DNA from: Dendrobates tinctorius | Taxonomy: Eukaryota | Reading direction: 5' to 3' | NCBI RefSeq assembly: GCF_039654945.1 | Contig: NW_027361775.1 | Coordinates: 11,656,001-11,720,000 of the forward strand | Length of the DNA stretch: 64,000 nt | Part shown: piece after piece, positions 26,695 to 39,818 of the stretch | How positions within the stretch are numbered: position 1 is the first letter of the stretch | Layout of the letters: the number at the start of each line of letters is the position of its first letter | Notes under the pieces: generated by a model | What the model was told of the DNA's origin: nothing | The model's input: only the letters and a program-made list of their open reading frames with translations | The model's database searches: none | Translations under genes and position numbers: made by a program

Positions 26695-27124
26695 GGAAAG
26701 CACTCCCATCAACATTTTTTATCCTCTTAAAATATTGCAATCATCATAGATGATGCCAGCACTGTTTATTTACAATAGCTCATTTTGCCTTTCTTCCCAA
26801 CTAATTCATCTCTTTTCCATTAGGTCTATGACATCACATAGTTAAAAACAGACTAGCTGAATCTTTCTTATCTCTATGTAAAAACAGGTCAATTTCTTTG
26901 TATGTGTCATAATTCACTGCAAAAGTTGACAGTAGGGGGCTGGGTCAGGAGATGAAGAAGGGAATGGTAATTGCAGGTAAAAGAGGCGTCTTATTTTACA
27001 CAGAGCAGAGAAAAAAAGAATTAGCTGGGTGGAAAGGAAAAATGAGCAATTGTAAGTACATAGTCTATATATTAGGATGGCTGCACTATATTAAGAGCCT
27101 TAAAAGGTTGATGGGAGTGCTTTT
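26695..27124. mobile_element. T2-like MITE
   Basis: AAAGCACTCCCATCAAC / GTTGATGGGAGTGCTTT termini with extended imperfect arms. Confidence 0.7.
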
Positions 27125-28514
27125 TTAAGGTCTATATAATAGACCATGTTAAGCTAAAGATGATGATCTACAGTCATCAAAAGCTGAAGAGATCCAAAGA
27201 GATTAAAAAAGATTAGCTGCCTTTTGATTGAACTGTTATTATATCATTAAACACTCTATTAAGAACAATCTGGAGAATGAAGACTTCAGAAACCAGATGG
27301 CGGGGGGGCGTGGCTTAGGCCTCGAGCAGGGCAGACGTGTCTCCCTTGAGCTCCTCTCTCCTGAGCCTTCAGGGGAACCTTCTGCTCCTTATAACCTAGG
27401 CTAAAGCCACTAAAAGACTCTCTGGAACATCGAGGGAGTTTCTGGGAGTGAAGGAGCAAAGTTTTATCGGGTTGAAGACGACAGCGGCGGCTTATTTGGG
27501 ACTCATAGGCCCGTTGGTGGAGGGGCGCTGGCCATCTTTGCCCTGCGTGCTGAGAGGGAGAAGCCAATTCCCCTCATTAAGCCCGACTGAGAGACTGACC
27601 TGCAGCTTAACGGTGGAGCTGGACCTCTGGACGGCGAGAGCTGTGTGACAGGTGCGGCTGCAGAGGGGTCGGGTGGCCGGGGGCTGCTTCCCCACCACGG
27701 GGTTTCCCCTCTCCCCTCCTCCATTCCAGGCTCCAGCGAGGTGGGGGTACCATCTTCCCGGGTCTCCCTCCCATCCTTTCCTGCCTGGAACGTTATAATA
27801 AGAGCTGTGCCTGTCAGGACTTAACAGCGGTCACTCCTCCTTCACCACAGGGAATCCCCAAGCAAGATAACAAGCCGGACCCAGGAGTGTGCTGCTTGAC
27901 ACAGAGCCCCCCCTTCCTCCCTCTTCCTCTTCTCCTGTGTGCAGCTGTCAGCACGCTGTGATTCACACACAGCAACGCTCACTGAGCCTGCAGGTCCTCG
28001 GCTGCCCTGTCAGTGGAGGGAGGGTTGTGGGAGATCAGACTGTGGACTGAGCCCCTGGGCACCGTGGCTTTGCAGGGTAAAGAGTTTTTACTGGGGTCAG
28101 TGTTGTGTTGTGATAAGGGGAAGTACAAGGCACCATCACTACATCATTAACCCCGCCCACGAAGCTCCAAGCCCGGGAATCCCCCCATCTGCTCCCTGCC
28201 AGCTCTGGTGATTAACCCCTCGTGCCCTGAAGGGGAAAAACAGCGGCCCTATAAGGACCAATAAACTGGGGTCGTCACCTTGCGTGAATCATAGTGCTCT
28301 GGCTCTGTAAATATCATCAACCAGCGATCTCTCTGTGCCCCCTGTCCTCCTGGGTGCTATGCCATTTGGGTCATGGAGTAGGAGCACCATCTACTGGCCA
28401 GCCCTGGTAACAACATCTTATTAATGTCTTCCTTCACAGTAAAGGACATGTTCTATTAATCATCCTGATGTAGCCAAGCGGCGTGTATATTGGCCCGTTT
28501 TCAGCAGCCTTATA

Positions 28515-29584
28515 ATGGTCCGCACAAGTCATAAAACTCGGGCAAAAAGTTTCACCAAACAAACCTCTGCAAGTAACTCATCAGCCCCCAGGGGTGAACT
28601 GGACAGATTCCAAAAAAAGAAATTAGTGATGTCGCAATCGCCAGATAAACAGAAGGCACGCAGTGCCCAGACTGAGACATTCAATGAGGCCTCAGATGCT
28701 GACAGAGACTCAGACTGTGAATCCACTTCTGAGGACTCAGCCCCGATCTCTAGATCCTATATGAAACATTTATTAGAATCCACGATGAAACCTTTGCTTA
28801 AGGAAATGTCTGAGATCAGATCTGATATACGCCACATAGGCCATAGGGTGGAGTCCCTGGAAAACGCCCAAGTGGGTCTGATAGAAGCATCTAATGCCCT
28901 GGGCGACCATCTTCAGATGCATCGACAACACCTCAATTCTGTGTACCTTGCTCTGGAGGACCAAGAAAACAGGAGTCGGAGAAAAAACATACACATACGC
29001 GGCATACCCGAGTCTTTCGCGCCAGAAGCACTCAACAAAGTGTCCAAAGAGATCTTTGCGGACATTTTAGGCCCAGAGCGAACACTATCATCATAGAGAG
29101 GGTGCATAGAGCCCTCAGACCGAAACCTAAAGTCAATGAACATCCAAGGGACATAATTTGTGGCCTCCTCAGTTTTGTTGACACTGCAGCAATTCTAACA
29201 GGCGCAAGAGAAAAAGCGCCATTGATATACAACGACGCTAATTTTCAAATTTTTCAAGATATCTCCCCAGCCACACAATCGAAGAGGAAAATCCTAAAAC
29301 CATTGACTGATGCAATCTTGAACCATGGGCTGCGCTTCAAGTGGCTGTTCCCCTTTGGGGTGGGAATCACGAAGGAAGGTCGTCAGATCACTATCCGCAT
29401 CCCGGAGGATTTAGACGCTGCCTGGGAGTCTTTGCAAATTGATCCCATTTCCATCCCCTTGTGGATGCAGCTTGATATGGGAGTTCCCATCCCACATCTG
29501 GATAAGCCAGGTGACTGGTCGACTAAGCAAAAGTCTGCCTCCCCAAAGGCTAAAAGGCATATGAACAAATCTCAATCTACTTGA
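28515..29584 (+). pseudogene. L1 ORF1p with one frameshift near 29080-29095
   Basis: Coiled coil, then LEDQENRSRRKNIHIRGIPE, (ERV)HRAL and IFQDIS motifs spread across two frames. Confidence 0.9.
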
Positions 29585-30190
29585 GCGAGACTATTATCTT
29601 TCTACAGGTCAACCTTTGTCCTGGGGTTGAGTCGGCAAAGTGGTCACGGACAGCGATCGCCCAGCATGTGATCACTCCTTACTGACCCCCGCTTACTTAT
29701 CTGCGAAAGGAACATTATATTTAGCTCATGGAGCAAGCCTCCCATCCGTGGTGCTCTTGGGCCTGCTGACGCAGGAGGGGAGGATTTTTGTTCTCCCCCT
29801 ATTGCCCCGTTTTCTTTTTCAGATGGGAACTCAAATATATCTTCAAGTTGCCAGAAATAGTAATGAACTTTAGTTTAATAACAGGTTGCTAAATTGCCTC
29901 CCCATGTATCCTTAAAAGGTTTGCTAAGGAATGTGGGACTGTTGTCTACTCCTTATTCTATGCATTTTTACTTGCAGTTGATAAACTTCTAGATTCACAC
30001 TGTTGTCTTAATTGGAGTGCTTAACTCTTCATTTTATTTTTACACGTTGCTTGGCTATGTTAGAACTCATCTTCAACGATTGGGTCTCTACGAACCCCCC
30101 CTGCAGAAGATGAGACTGTTTTTGCAATTAGTTTTGTTGTTCTATTGTTTTATACCCATTATAGGTATTCGTCTCAGGCTTTGATCTCCG

Positions 30191-33100
30191 ATGACACATT
30201 TGAACATGGCTAACAATATTGGAGAGAGCTCGGTCGTTGTGGCATCCCTCAACGCGAAGGGTATGAATAGCCCCGCCAATCGTAGTCAGACTATTTCCCT
30301 CCTGAACAAGTCCCGCTCCCAGGTAATTCTTTTTCAAGAAACACATTTTAAAGTGGACAGGCCCCCAGACATGACTCGCTCAGCGTTTCCAACATGGTAT
30401 CATAGTTGCTCGAAGTCGGCCTCTAAAGGGGTTAGTATAGCGTTCAAGAGAGGACTTCCCTTTGTTTTAAAAGATAGTATTGCGGACTCGGAGGGCAGGT
30501 ATATTTTTGTGAAAGGCTATCTGGCCTCAACTCTAATGACTTTTGCCAACATATACGCACCAAATCAAGGCCAAGTAGAGTGGCTGTCTACCACTCTGGA
30601 AGTGCTTACTCTATTTAAGGAGGGACTCCTACTCTTGGGGGGAGACTTTAACCTGACAATGCAGCCAAATGTGGACTCGTCCTCGGGGAGATCGTCAATC
30701 TCTAAAAAGGAGAGAAAGGTGCTCTTGGAAAAACTTTTGTCCCTTCACTTGGTGGACCCCTGGAGATTAGTACATCCCACCGACAAAGACTACACATTTT
30801 ATTCCCCCACACATGACACATATCATAGACTCGACTATATATTGGTTCAAGCCTCATCCATCAAATCGGTCACTTCTACCTCTATAGGCCCCATAACGCT
30901 AGCGGATCATGTCCCGGTTTTCTTAGCATTAAAATTAGACTCCCTCTCGCGCTCCCCTCTCACATGGCGACTGAACGAAACACTTCTAGATAATAAGGAT
31001 AATGTTTTCTCAGATTGATTTTTCTTTAAAGAGGTTTTTCAGGGAGAACATGGTGGATGGAAGGTTAACCCCAATTATATGGGAAACACATAAAGCCGTC
31101 TTGAGGGGGGAGTTGATCTCCCTGGGGACCCACATTAAAAGGAGAAGAGACAGGGAAATCCTCTCCCTCTTACATCAAATTGCCACCATGGAACGCTTAC
31201 ACAAACTGAGGACGTCAGACAATGTCCGTGCAGACCTGATGTCATTAAGGGAAAAACTTAAAGATTTACTCAACGTGCGTTCTGCCAAAATGTATGCTCG
31301 TTGTAAGCAAAAAATATATATCCATGGGAATAGAGGAAGCAAGCTTACCTCAAAAATGTTAAAGGCGCAGAGGGAAAAATGTTTCATCCGGCAAATACAT
31401 ACGGAGGGGGGACAGACTGTGACAGACTCCGATGGTATAGCTGAAGCATTTTGCTCATATGCTCACTATACAACTTAGATCCCCATGTGGATATGAGAGA
31501 CCTCCCCAGTGCGACTCAACGCATACAAGACTTCCTCTCCACCCTCACATTACCTGTAATCCCCACCTCTGAGTATTCGACTTTACTTGCACCAATCTCC
31601 ACCCAGGAAGTAGAGGAGGCAATTGCCTCGACCCCGGGAGGAAAAACACCGGGCCCAGATGGCTTTCCCATCATTTACTAAAAGACATTTGCAGAAACTC
31701 TCGTCCCGCACTTGGTTGAACTGTTCAACCTGTTCCTTTCGGGCTCAACTCCTCTGCAGGCCCTGGAGGCACACATCACGGTGCTACCTGAGGAGGGGAG
31801 GGAGGGGACCCTGTGCCGTAATTACCATCCGATTTCTCTACTGAACGCGGATCTCAAACTTTGGGCCAAAATATTGGCTAACAGGATACACCTAGTTCTA
31901 GCTGATCTAGTTCTCCCTGACCGGGCTGGTTTCGTGCGTGGAAGGGAGGGGAGGGACAACTCTAGGAAGGTCCTACAGGCCATCTCTTATGCTAAGCAGT
32001 CACATCAACCACTTATCCTGCTCTCTACAGATGCCGAAAAGGCTTTTGACCGTATTGGCTGGAGATATATGGCTTGTGTTTTGCAGAGGTTTGCCTTCCC
32101 TCCTCCTTTCATAGACGCAATCATGTCACTGTATGCCTTCCCTACAGCCAGGGTCAGGGAAAATGGGATATTGTCGGCGCCTTTTGCCATCAATAATGGC
32201 ACTAGGCAGGGTTGCCCTCTCTCCCCTACTTTATTTGTCTTAGTGATGGAGTCATTCATCCAAGCCATCAGGCAGGATCCCGGGATTGAAGGGTTTAAAA
32301 TTAATCAGCTGGAATTGAAAGCGGTTGCCTTCGCAGATGACCTTTTATTACTTTTATCTAACCCGAGAACTGCAGTTCCTAGGGTCCTGGAACTCTTCTC
32401 CCTATTCAGAGAACTCTCAAATTTTAAAATAAACTTAGATAAATCTGAGGCTTTGAATATCACGGCAACGGAGAGGGATGTTCAGATTCTGAAAAGCCTG
32501 GCCCCTTTTACATGGCAACGCAATACACTCAAGTACCTTGGGATATATAACTCGAATGACCCCTGTACTCTGTTCCAGTATAACTTCCCCCCCATTAAAA
32601 CACGTTGAAACTCTTTTAAAGACATACAACATTCCTCTCTTGTCCTGGTTGGGTAGGGTAAATGTGATGAAGTCATACGTGTTCCCTAAAATATTCTATG
32701 TGATGAGTATGATACCAATCGAACTCCCTGAGTCATTCTTAAGCGCTTTAGATCGCCTGATGGCGAAATTTGTTTGGAGACACAAAAGGGCCAGGTTGCC
32801 CTTGCGACTCCTATCGCGCCCAAAGCGAAGAGGGGGAGTTGGCCTACCTAATCTCATGGCTTATCATCAGGCTATCTTATTGGCAAACTGGTTGAAATTA
32901 ATAAAATGGGCAGAAAAAGGACAGGATGCACACATAGAGATGCAGCTCATGGGTAGGAATGCACTAAAATTCTTGTGGACAGATTGCCCACTACCTAAAA
33001 CTGGTCTGGGAGATATCCTTCTGGCCATCCTACGCACCAGAGGCACATTGATACCGATAAGAGCACCCCACTGCAACTTCCTAGATAAAATTCCAATTGG

Positions 33101-34025
33101 GCTCATACCTTACATATTTATACCAGATTTCACAGACCCGTATGGACTCTGGTCCTCATTACCAAACAAACCTATTTCTCACCTATTACAGGGGAAAATT
33201 CTATGCGCAAATGGCTGGCCAGTGACTGCGGGGAGACGTCCCATAAACCATTTGCAACTCTCACACGTAACTTACTTTATGAGTCAAATCAAAACACTTC
33301 CTCAGTTGCCCACTAAATGGCTCTGGTTGGAAATATTGACGAAGGTTAACCATTATGTCCCGAAAGTGGTATCAAAATTCTATTCCAATCTCATAGATGA
33401 GGAAAACTCCTCCCAGCCACCTTTCCTACATTCGTGGGAAGTGGAACTAAATATTTCTTTATCCCCACTGGACAAACAAAAGATCTGTGCTGCTTCTCAT
33501 GGCTTCTCCCGTTGTGTTCTATTTCAAGAGTCGGCTTATAAGTTACTATCGCGATGGTACTACACACCTGAAAAACTGCATCATTTGGGACTGATTAGCT
33601 CCCCTCTGTGTTGGAGGTGTGGGGAGTCGCGGGGTAACCTGTCTCACATTTTTTGGTTCTGTCCTACTCTCGCCCAATTCTGGTCAGATGTCATGGAGTT
33701 TATGAAGAACCTTAGCATACTTAAGGCAGACCTGACTGCGGCGGAGGCACTCTTATCCTTACCCTCAGAGAATTTCCAACCTAAGAAGCATGAGCTAGCG
33801 CCATTGATGCTGGGAGCGGCAAAACAATTGATAGCCCTTAGGTGGAAACAGCAAACCCCCCCGACTCTAACAGAGTGGAAACATAAAATAAGAGATTTGT
33901 TTAGACTCAAGGAGCTCACGAGTTGGGACTCGTCATCTCATGAGAAATTTAAGAAAACCTGGGCACCTTGGATACATTTCCAGGACACTGCGTGGAGGCT
34001 GGGGGGTGCCACGGCGGCCGAGTAA
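30191..34025 (+). pseudogene. L1 ORF2p (APE endonuclease, reverse transcriptase, CCHC) with about 3 frameshifts and an in-frame stop at 31679
   Basis: Endonuclease motifs FQETH, GGDFN, RLDY, ADH; RT motifs PGPDGF, DAEKAFD, QGCPLSP, FADD, YLG; C-terminal CWRC-x8-H-x4-C. Confidence 0.93.
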
Positions 34026-34625
34026 GTAGCGAGGAGTGATTGAGCCCTGGGGGCCACTGAGCCAATTTCTTCAAACTATCTAAGGTCATAATTACAACAG
34101 ATGTGCATGAGAGAGCATTGTATCGGCTGAGGCGACATTCTGGTGGGGGCGGTTCATCGGGCCTCTTCACTAATATTTTTATCGGAGAACCTCAAGAGCT
34201 TGTTTTTCTTTGTAAAGTATGCCCTAGAGCATCAAGGATACCTGCCTAGGTAATGGGTTAGTTTTAGTTAGGTTATTTACCTCGTTAAGTGTTATATTGT
34301 TTGAAAAGAGTAAAACTGTATAATTAATGCTCTGTAATTCTACATACAGACTTGTACCTCAAAATTTGAACATGTCTTGCTTCTGTATTGCTGTAATCTC
34401 TCTGTATTAATAAAATAAAGAATTACAAAAAAAAAAAAAACCAGATGGCAATAGGTGAAGAAGAGAGTTATCAGAAAGATAATGCATTAGGTAAAAGTTA
34501 ACTAAGCATTACATGAGTTTAGATATGAAAGGAAGATTAGAGACTGGTCTTTAATTAGAGCAAGGTGGTTCAAGAGATGCTTATGTTGGTATGTTTGAAA
34601 GAAGAAAGAGTTTAAATATACATTA

Positions 34626-35030
34626 AGGGCCTTTTACACATAGTGAGATCGCTAGCGCTATAGCTAAAGCGTCACCGACTTTGTGACGCAAAAGCGATAT
34701 CGCTAGCGATCTCGCTTTGTGTGACAAGTACTTGCGACCGGCCCCCCGCTAGATATCGATGATCATGCTCAAATGTCCTGGGCCATTTTTTCCTCGTTGG
34801 CGTCCCGCTGGCACCGACTAGAGACGCATGGACGCAGGCGGAAGTCGTCATCATCGCTGCGGTGTGACAGGTAAGAGCGACCGCCGACGGATCGCTTATC
34901 GCTGCTGCGTCGCTGGAGGAATCTGACTGTTTGGCAGCTCACTAGCAACCATTTAGCGATGCACCAGTGATCATGACCAGGTCAAATCATTGTCGGGATC
35001 GCTGGTGTTTCGCTAAATGTAACGGGACCC
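34626..35030. mobile_element. Harbinger-type MITE (GCGATATCGCTAG family)
   Basis: Imperfect 14-bp TIRs; TSD TTA/TTA; homologous to 7071-7459 in reverse orientation. Confidence 0.88.
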
Positions 35031-36273
35031 TTAGTTCATTCATAGTTTCTGGCATTGAAAGACACAAAAGAGCAGTGGACAGGTTAAAGATTTAATGATT
35101 TGGCTGTGAATATCTCAAGAAAAAACTTAAAACAAATGTCTAGGGATCTCTCTTACTGAAGATTGTACTTTCTGATGCTGTTGCTGCTTACTGTTTTGTT
35201 TCTAGATTTCTACAGCTCATGGCTGTTGTCTCTATAGATATTCAGGAGTTGTAAGCTATACTGTTTGTTCAGAATATTTCTCTACCTAAATTAGTGCTGG
35301 TCATTTAACAGCTGAGCACCGATCTAGGTAGAAAATATATAAAAATTGACATTGTCATAATATATGATGGGATAAATAGTTAAACTAAAAGTTAGAGATG
35401 TATAAACACAATGGAAAATGTTCATTCATATGTATAGCCCTCATGTTCATTTATATTTGTATTTCCTGATAAGATTTCATGTGAATTTTACTGTCTATCA
35501 GTATTTGCAAATTTGGGTGATTTTTAAAAATAAATATTCAACAATTTGCCAAAAGAAGAAGCACACCAGACACAATAATAGAAAAGGTGGACTCAAGGAC
35601 AGACGGCACTCACATTATTCAGATGCAGTGTGCAATTAGATTTTCAATTGACCTGGTAATGGATTATTGGTGATCTTATTTCATGTAATTGCAGATTGAA
35701 TTCCTCATGAAAATAGGGTGTAATGTAGAAAATAGGATTCCTGCTTTGTGTTTAAATGATGCATACTCGTAAGGCGAGTACCCATGTTCAAGATAATAAA
35801 TTACTAGACGTTTCTTCATATAGAGACTTTTCTGTAGGACACCATTCTCAATTGTGTTCATATATTGTATTATTTTTACTGAAGAATGTTGTTTTCCTTA
35901 AGCCACTTTTTGATATTTTGCGATTGAAAACTTCAAAATTTTAATTGAAATTCTAGTTTCCAAGAATCAAAATCATTTGATCTGAGTGAATTGGCTTCAA
36001 TTTCTCTTATTAAAAAGTATATGTACTGTACTATCCTTACATATTTTTAGTATGAAGATCCTGGCACACCTCATGGGAGTAGGCAATCCAATAAATACAC
36101 ATGAAGTTTCCGTCTGGTATTAGAACAGTTTAGCAAGAAATGGAGCCATTTCTCAGCGCTATTTTCTTGCAGCGCTATTCTCCTATTTGCTTTCACCTGT
36201 CTCCTACAGCAGCAATCCATGAGTCTGATGAAGGGCTAATAATAGTAGACCAAAACATCAAGTGTATTTGTTA

Positions 36274-36679
36274 AGCCCCCGATACACACTGCGATATCGC
36301 TAGCAATATCGCTGTAAAGTCACCGATTTTGTGACGTTGCAGCGATATTGCTAGTGATATCGCTGCATTTGATACTTACCTCCGACCGGCTCCCCCGCTG
36401 GTTATCGCTGGTCGCGCGAGAAGCTCCTGGACCATTTCTCATCGGGCGCTTCCTGCTGGGCTTCCTGTGGCGCCGACGAGCGATGCATGGACGCGGGCAG
36501 GAGGAGGTCAGGATTGCCGCGTCTGACAGGTAAGTAGCGACCCCCGACCCCTGCGATGTCGCTGGTGAGATCTGAATGTGTGGCAGCTCACTAGCGACCA
36601 CTTAGCGATGCACCAGCGATCCATATCACTGCCGGGATCGCTGGTGTATCGCTACGTGTAACTACGTGTAACTGTACCC
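36274..36679. mobile_element. Harbinger-type MITE (same family)
   Basis: TSD TTA/TTA; closely similar to 50363-50768. Confidence 0.9.
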
Positions 36680-37185
36680 TTAGACTGCCTATTACCCCTT
36701 CACACTGCAGCCAATTTCCATTTTTTTGTTTGTGTTTTTTCCTCCCATTTTTCCAAGACCTATAACTTTTTTTTTTATTTTTCTTGTTTTGGCTTGTTTT
36801 TTTGCAAAATGAATTGTACTTTTGACCATTAATTTCATCATGTCATGCACTGGAAAGCAGTACAAAAATGTAGGAATTATAAAAAAGTGCAGTTCCCCTA
36901 TTGTTTTAAGGTTTGTTTTTATTTACCATGTTCCCTAAACAGTAAAAAGACGTGACAATTTTTTTTTCTGGTTATTCTGTTTACCAATCTGTTTTATTTT
37001 ATATTTTGAAAGTTTGGACTTCGGCAAAGGCCGTGATACCAAATACATGTATTTTTTTATTTTTTTATTGTTTTATTTTTAATGGGACATTAATGCAGCG
37101 ATTTGATCTTTTATATTATTTTATTATTTTCCCATATTCAAAAATTTTTTTTCACCTTTTAATGTATTCGTTAGTTTCCTTAAGG

Positions 37186-38120
37186 CAGTGGTCCCCAACC
37201 TTTTTATATCAGAGACCGGCTTCAAGCAAGACTATTTTTCCATGGCCCGGCAGCGTGGGGTGGGACAGGGGCAGGGCTTTGGTCATATGGGAACGGGGAT
37301 ATGGAGAGGGTTGGAGTTTAGTGCATACTTATCATTTAATTATAACATTTATAATGTGAATGTGACTCAACTCTCTAATAGTGAAGGGCTTCTTAGCCCT
37401 AGCAATGTGATTAGCAACCAAGAATGATGCTCTTAGTGCAGACACATTGTTGATGAGGAAAAACCAAAAAAAAATTGAACTGTAGTAGACTTGAATGACA
37501 TGCATGATGTAAAAGCATGTTCACACTGGCCATAAAAGCAAGCAAAACCAAGGGAAAAACATTGTGTGTATAAACCCTAATGAAAATAAATAAGTACAAA
37601 AGCAAGCACATTAAATAACATAGGGTACTTGGTAAACACTGTTTTGATCCAAAAAAGTATAAAGCTGTCCCACCACAGCAAGGTGTACCCATTTGAGACA
37701 GTAACTACACTAACGGTTAAAACCTACCTAATGTGAATAGTGGCAGAGTCTCTGGGTCCCAAACGGACACCCAGCTTCAGAGGGACTATACGTGAACTAC
37801 ACAGCTCAGTAGAAAGGAGGCCACACCCTATTTGTACTGAATACAAAAATGCTGAAGAAAAACCAAAAAAACTGAACTGGAGTGGGCTTGGGGCCTTTGA
37901 ATCGCCTGTTGCGATGAATTTAAGTAGGACTCATTGTATTTTCTTTTAAATGCAGCTTTCTTTTTTTTAGCAGTCATTGATTCTTTATCTCTCTCATCAT
38001 TGGGTTTTTCTTCCTTTTTAAAAAAGCTCTCTAGCAATGTTTGTTTTTTACAAGGGTTTGAGGCAGAGGCATAGTGGGCCCCTAACGCTGAAAGATGCCT
38101 ATTGCTACTGATGACAGTCA
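37186..38120 (-). mobile_element. hAT Charlie/Buster-type (MER1/Charlie3-like) remnant
   Basis: Terminus CAGTGGTCCCCAACCTTTTT...GACTATTTTTCCATGG; minus-strand peptide KKQTLLESFFKKEEKPNDE...AKKKKAAFKRKYNESYLN resembles Charlie/ZBED5-type N-termini; the other end was not established. Confidence 0.65.
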
Positions 38121-38259
38121 CTGCTGATTATGATTGGAACCTACAAGGAAATGGAGCATTGAACACTTAACAAAAAAATTGTGCTTGAGTACTGTACATG
38201 TATATTTTTTAGTCATGGTGTTAGAAAATTTGACAAATATTCAAAAGGTGTACCACACA

Positions 38260-38510
38260 TATAATCCCCCATATATAGCAAGATGGTCCCACACATGTAA
38301 TCCCCCATGTACAGCAAGATGGTCACACACATACTGTATAATCCCCCATATATAGCGTGATCGTACCACACTTATAATCCCCCATGTATAGCAAGGTGGT
38401 CCCACACCTATAATCCCCCATGTATAGCAAGATGGTCCCACACATATAATCCCCCCATGTATAGTATATTGGTCCCACACATATAATCCCCCCATGTATA
38501 GTATGATGGC
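38260..38510. repeat. Minisatellite, ~32-35-bp unit (ATAATCCCCCATGTATAGCAAGATGGTCCCACAC)
   Basis: About 7 direct tandem units. Confidence 0.85.
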
Positions 38511-38541
38511 TCCACAAAGTACTGATTGATATATATATATA

Positions 38542-39200
38542 CCATATATACTCGAGTATAAGCCGACCCGATTATAAGCCGAGGCACCTAATATTGCCAT
38601 GGAAAACTGGGTAAGCTTATTGACTCGAGTATAAGCTGGGTATGCATTGCCCCCTCATTCCTATCCCGTATGTGTGGTTCCCCGCATCCTGTCCAGCTCT
38701 GTGTGGCTCCCCCTGTTGTATGCATGGCTCTCCCGATTCCATCATGTATGCATGGCTCGGCTCTCCCCTCCCATCCTTGCATGCATGACTCCCCTGTCCC
38801 ATCTTGTATGCATGGCTCAGCTCCCCCCTCCAATCCTTGTATGCATGGCTCCCCCGGTCCCATCTTGTATGCATGATTAAGCTCCCCCCTCCCATTCTTG
38901 TATGCATGGCTCCCCTGGTCCCATCTTGTATGCATGGCTGTGCTCCACTGGGCTCCCCTGTCCTCTGCCATTCTCCTCCATCATCGTCCCTCATACTTAC
39001 CCTCCTCGCACCATCGCTGAACGTCCCAGCATCTCTATCCTGGCACGTCAGCTTCTTCTTGTGTGGAGCGGTCACATGATACCGCTCCTTAAGGTCATGA
39101 ATATGAGCTCCATGCCTATGGGAGTGGAATCACGTCTATGTTCATGACCTTAATGAGCGGTACCACACGACCGGTCAGCACAGGAAGAAGCTGCTGCTTT
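38542..39200. mobile_element. Partial non-autonomous Tc1/mariner-superfamily (pogo/Tigger-like) element with an internal minisatellite
   Basis: TA|CCATATATACTCGAGTATAAGCCGA terminus; TGTATGCATGGCTC repeats at 38700-38950; hairpin ~39050-39195. Confidence 0.6.
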
Positions 39201-39299
39201 GGGATATCTTTTCACTCAGGACATAAGCAGGAGTACAGAGCAAAAATAATCAAAAACAGCCCAGCCTCACTGTGTATGCCCGCATTCAAGCCACCAATT

Positions 39300-39818
39300 T
39301 GTAGGGATTTGCTCTGGTAGGCAGTGGCAGGGCCGCAGTAATGAGGCAACACACAGGCTTAGAGTCTAATTTCAGTGGTCTAATGTCACTTTAAACAGCA
39401 TGTTAACAGAAAATAAAGAAAAACACAAATATACTCCAGCTTGGAGAACCACTGGTCTCAGACACACCCTTGTACGAAATGGGCTTAACTAAGAGGATGC
39501 CCGGTCAGCGGCATCTGCCAAGTGCCATCCCCCGGGTTGTTTTGAGTCTTGCTGCTAAAGCTTTGCTGCACAGTTAGTCCAGCAAAACAAGTTCAGGCTA
39601 ACTCCAGGTGAGTTCCTAATGCAGTATCTTCCACACACACTCACCATGTGCCAAACACCCACCTCCATTACATAGCCCATAACCCCACCCACAGGTGAGG
39701 TACACATTACATGGGCTGGTCACGTGACCGTGACATCATCGCAGTTCCTTGACTTTAGGGAAAATCCTGGCCAAACTTTATCCTGCTGGGAGAAATGTAT
39801 CTCCCATCCAGCACTACA
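39300..39818. mobile_element. Possible solo LTR
   Basis: TGTAG...CTACA termini; TSD not convincing. Confidence 0.4.

Larger units (their letters stand above)
27302..34437 (+). mobile_element. Full-length L1 (LINE-1 clade) retrotransposon, disrupted
   Basis: G-rich 5' start, ~1.2-kb 5' UTR, ORF1, ~0.6-kb spacer, ORF2, AATAAA and poly(A); TSD AAACCAGATGGC at 27290-27301 and 34438-34449. Confidence 0.95.

Noticed and set aside
39441-39454. TTGGAGAACCACTG as the right TIR of the hAT starting at 37186
   Set aside because: The 8-bp flanks do not match (CCTTAAGG versus GTCTCAGA) and it lies inside a probable LTR.
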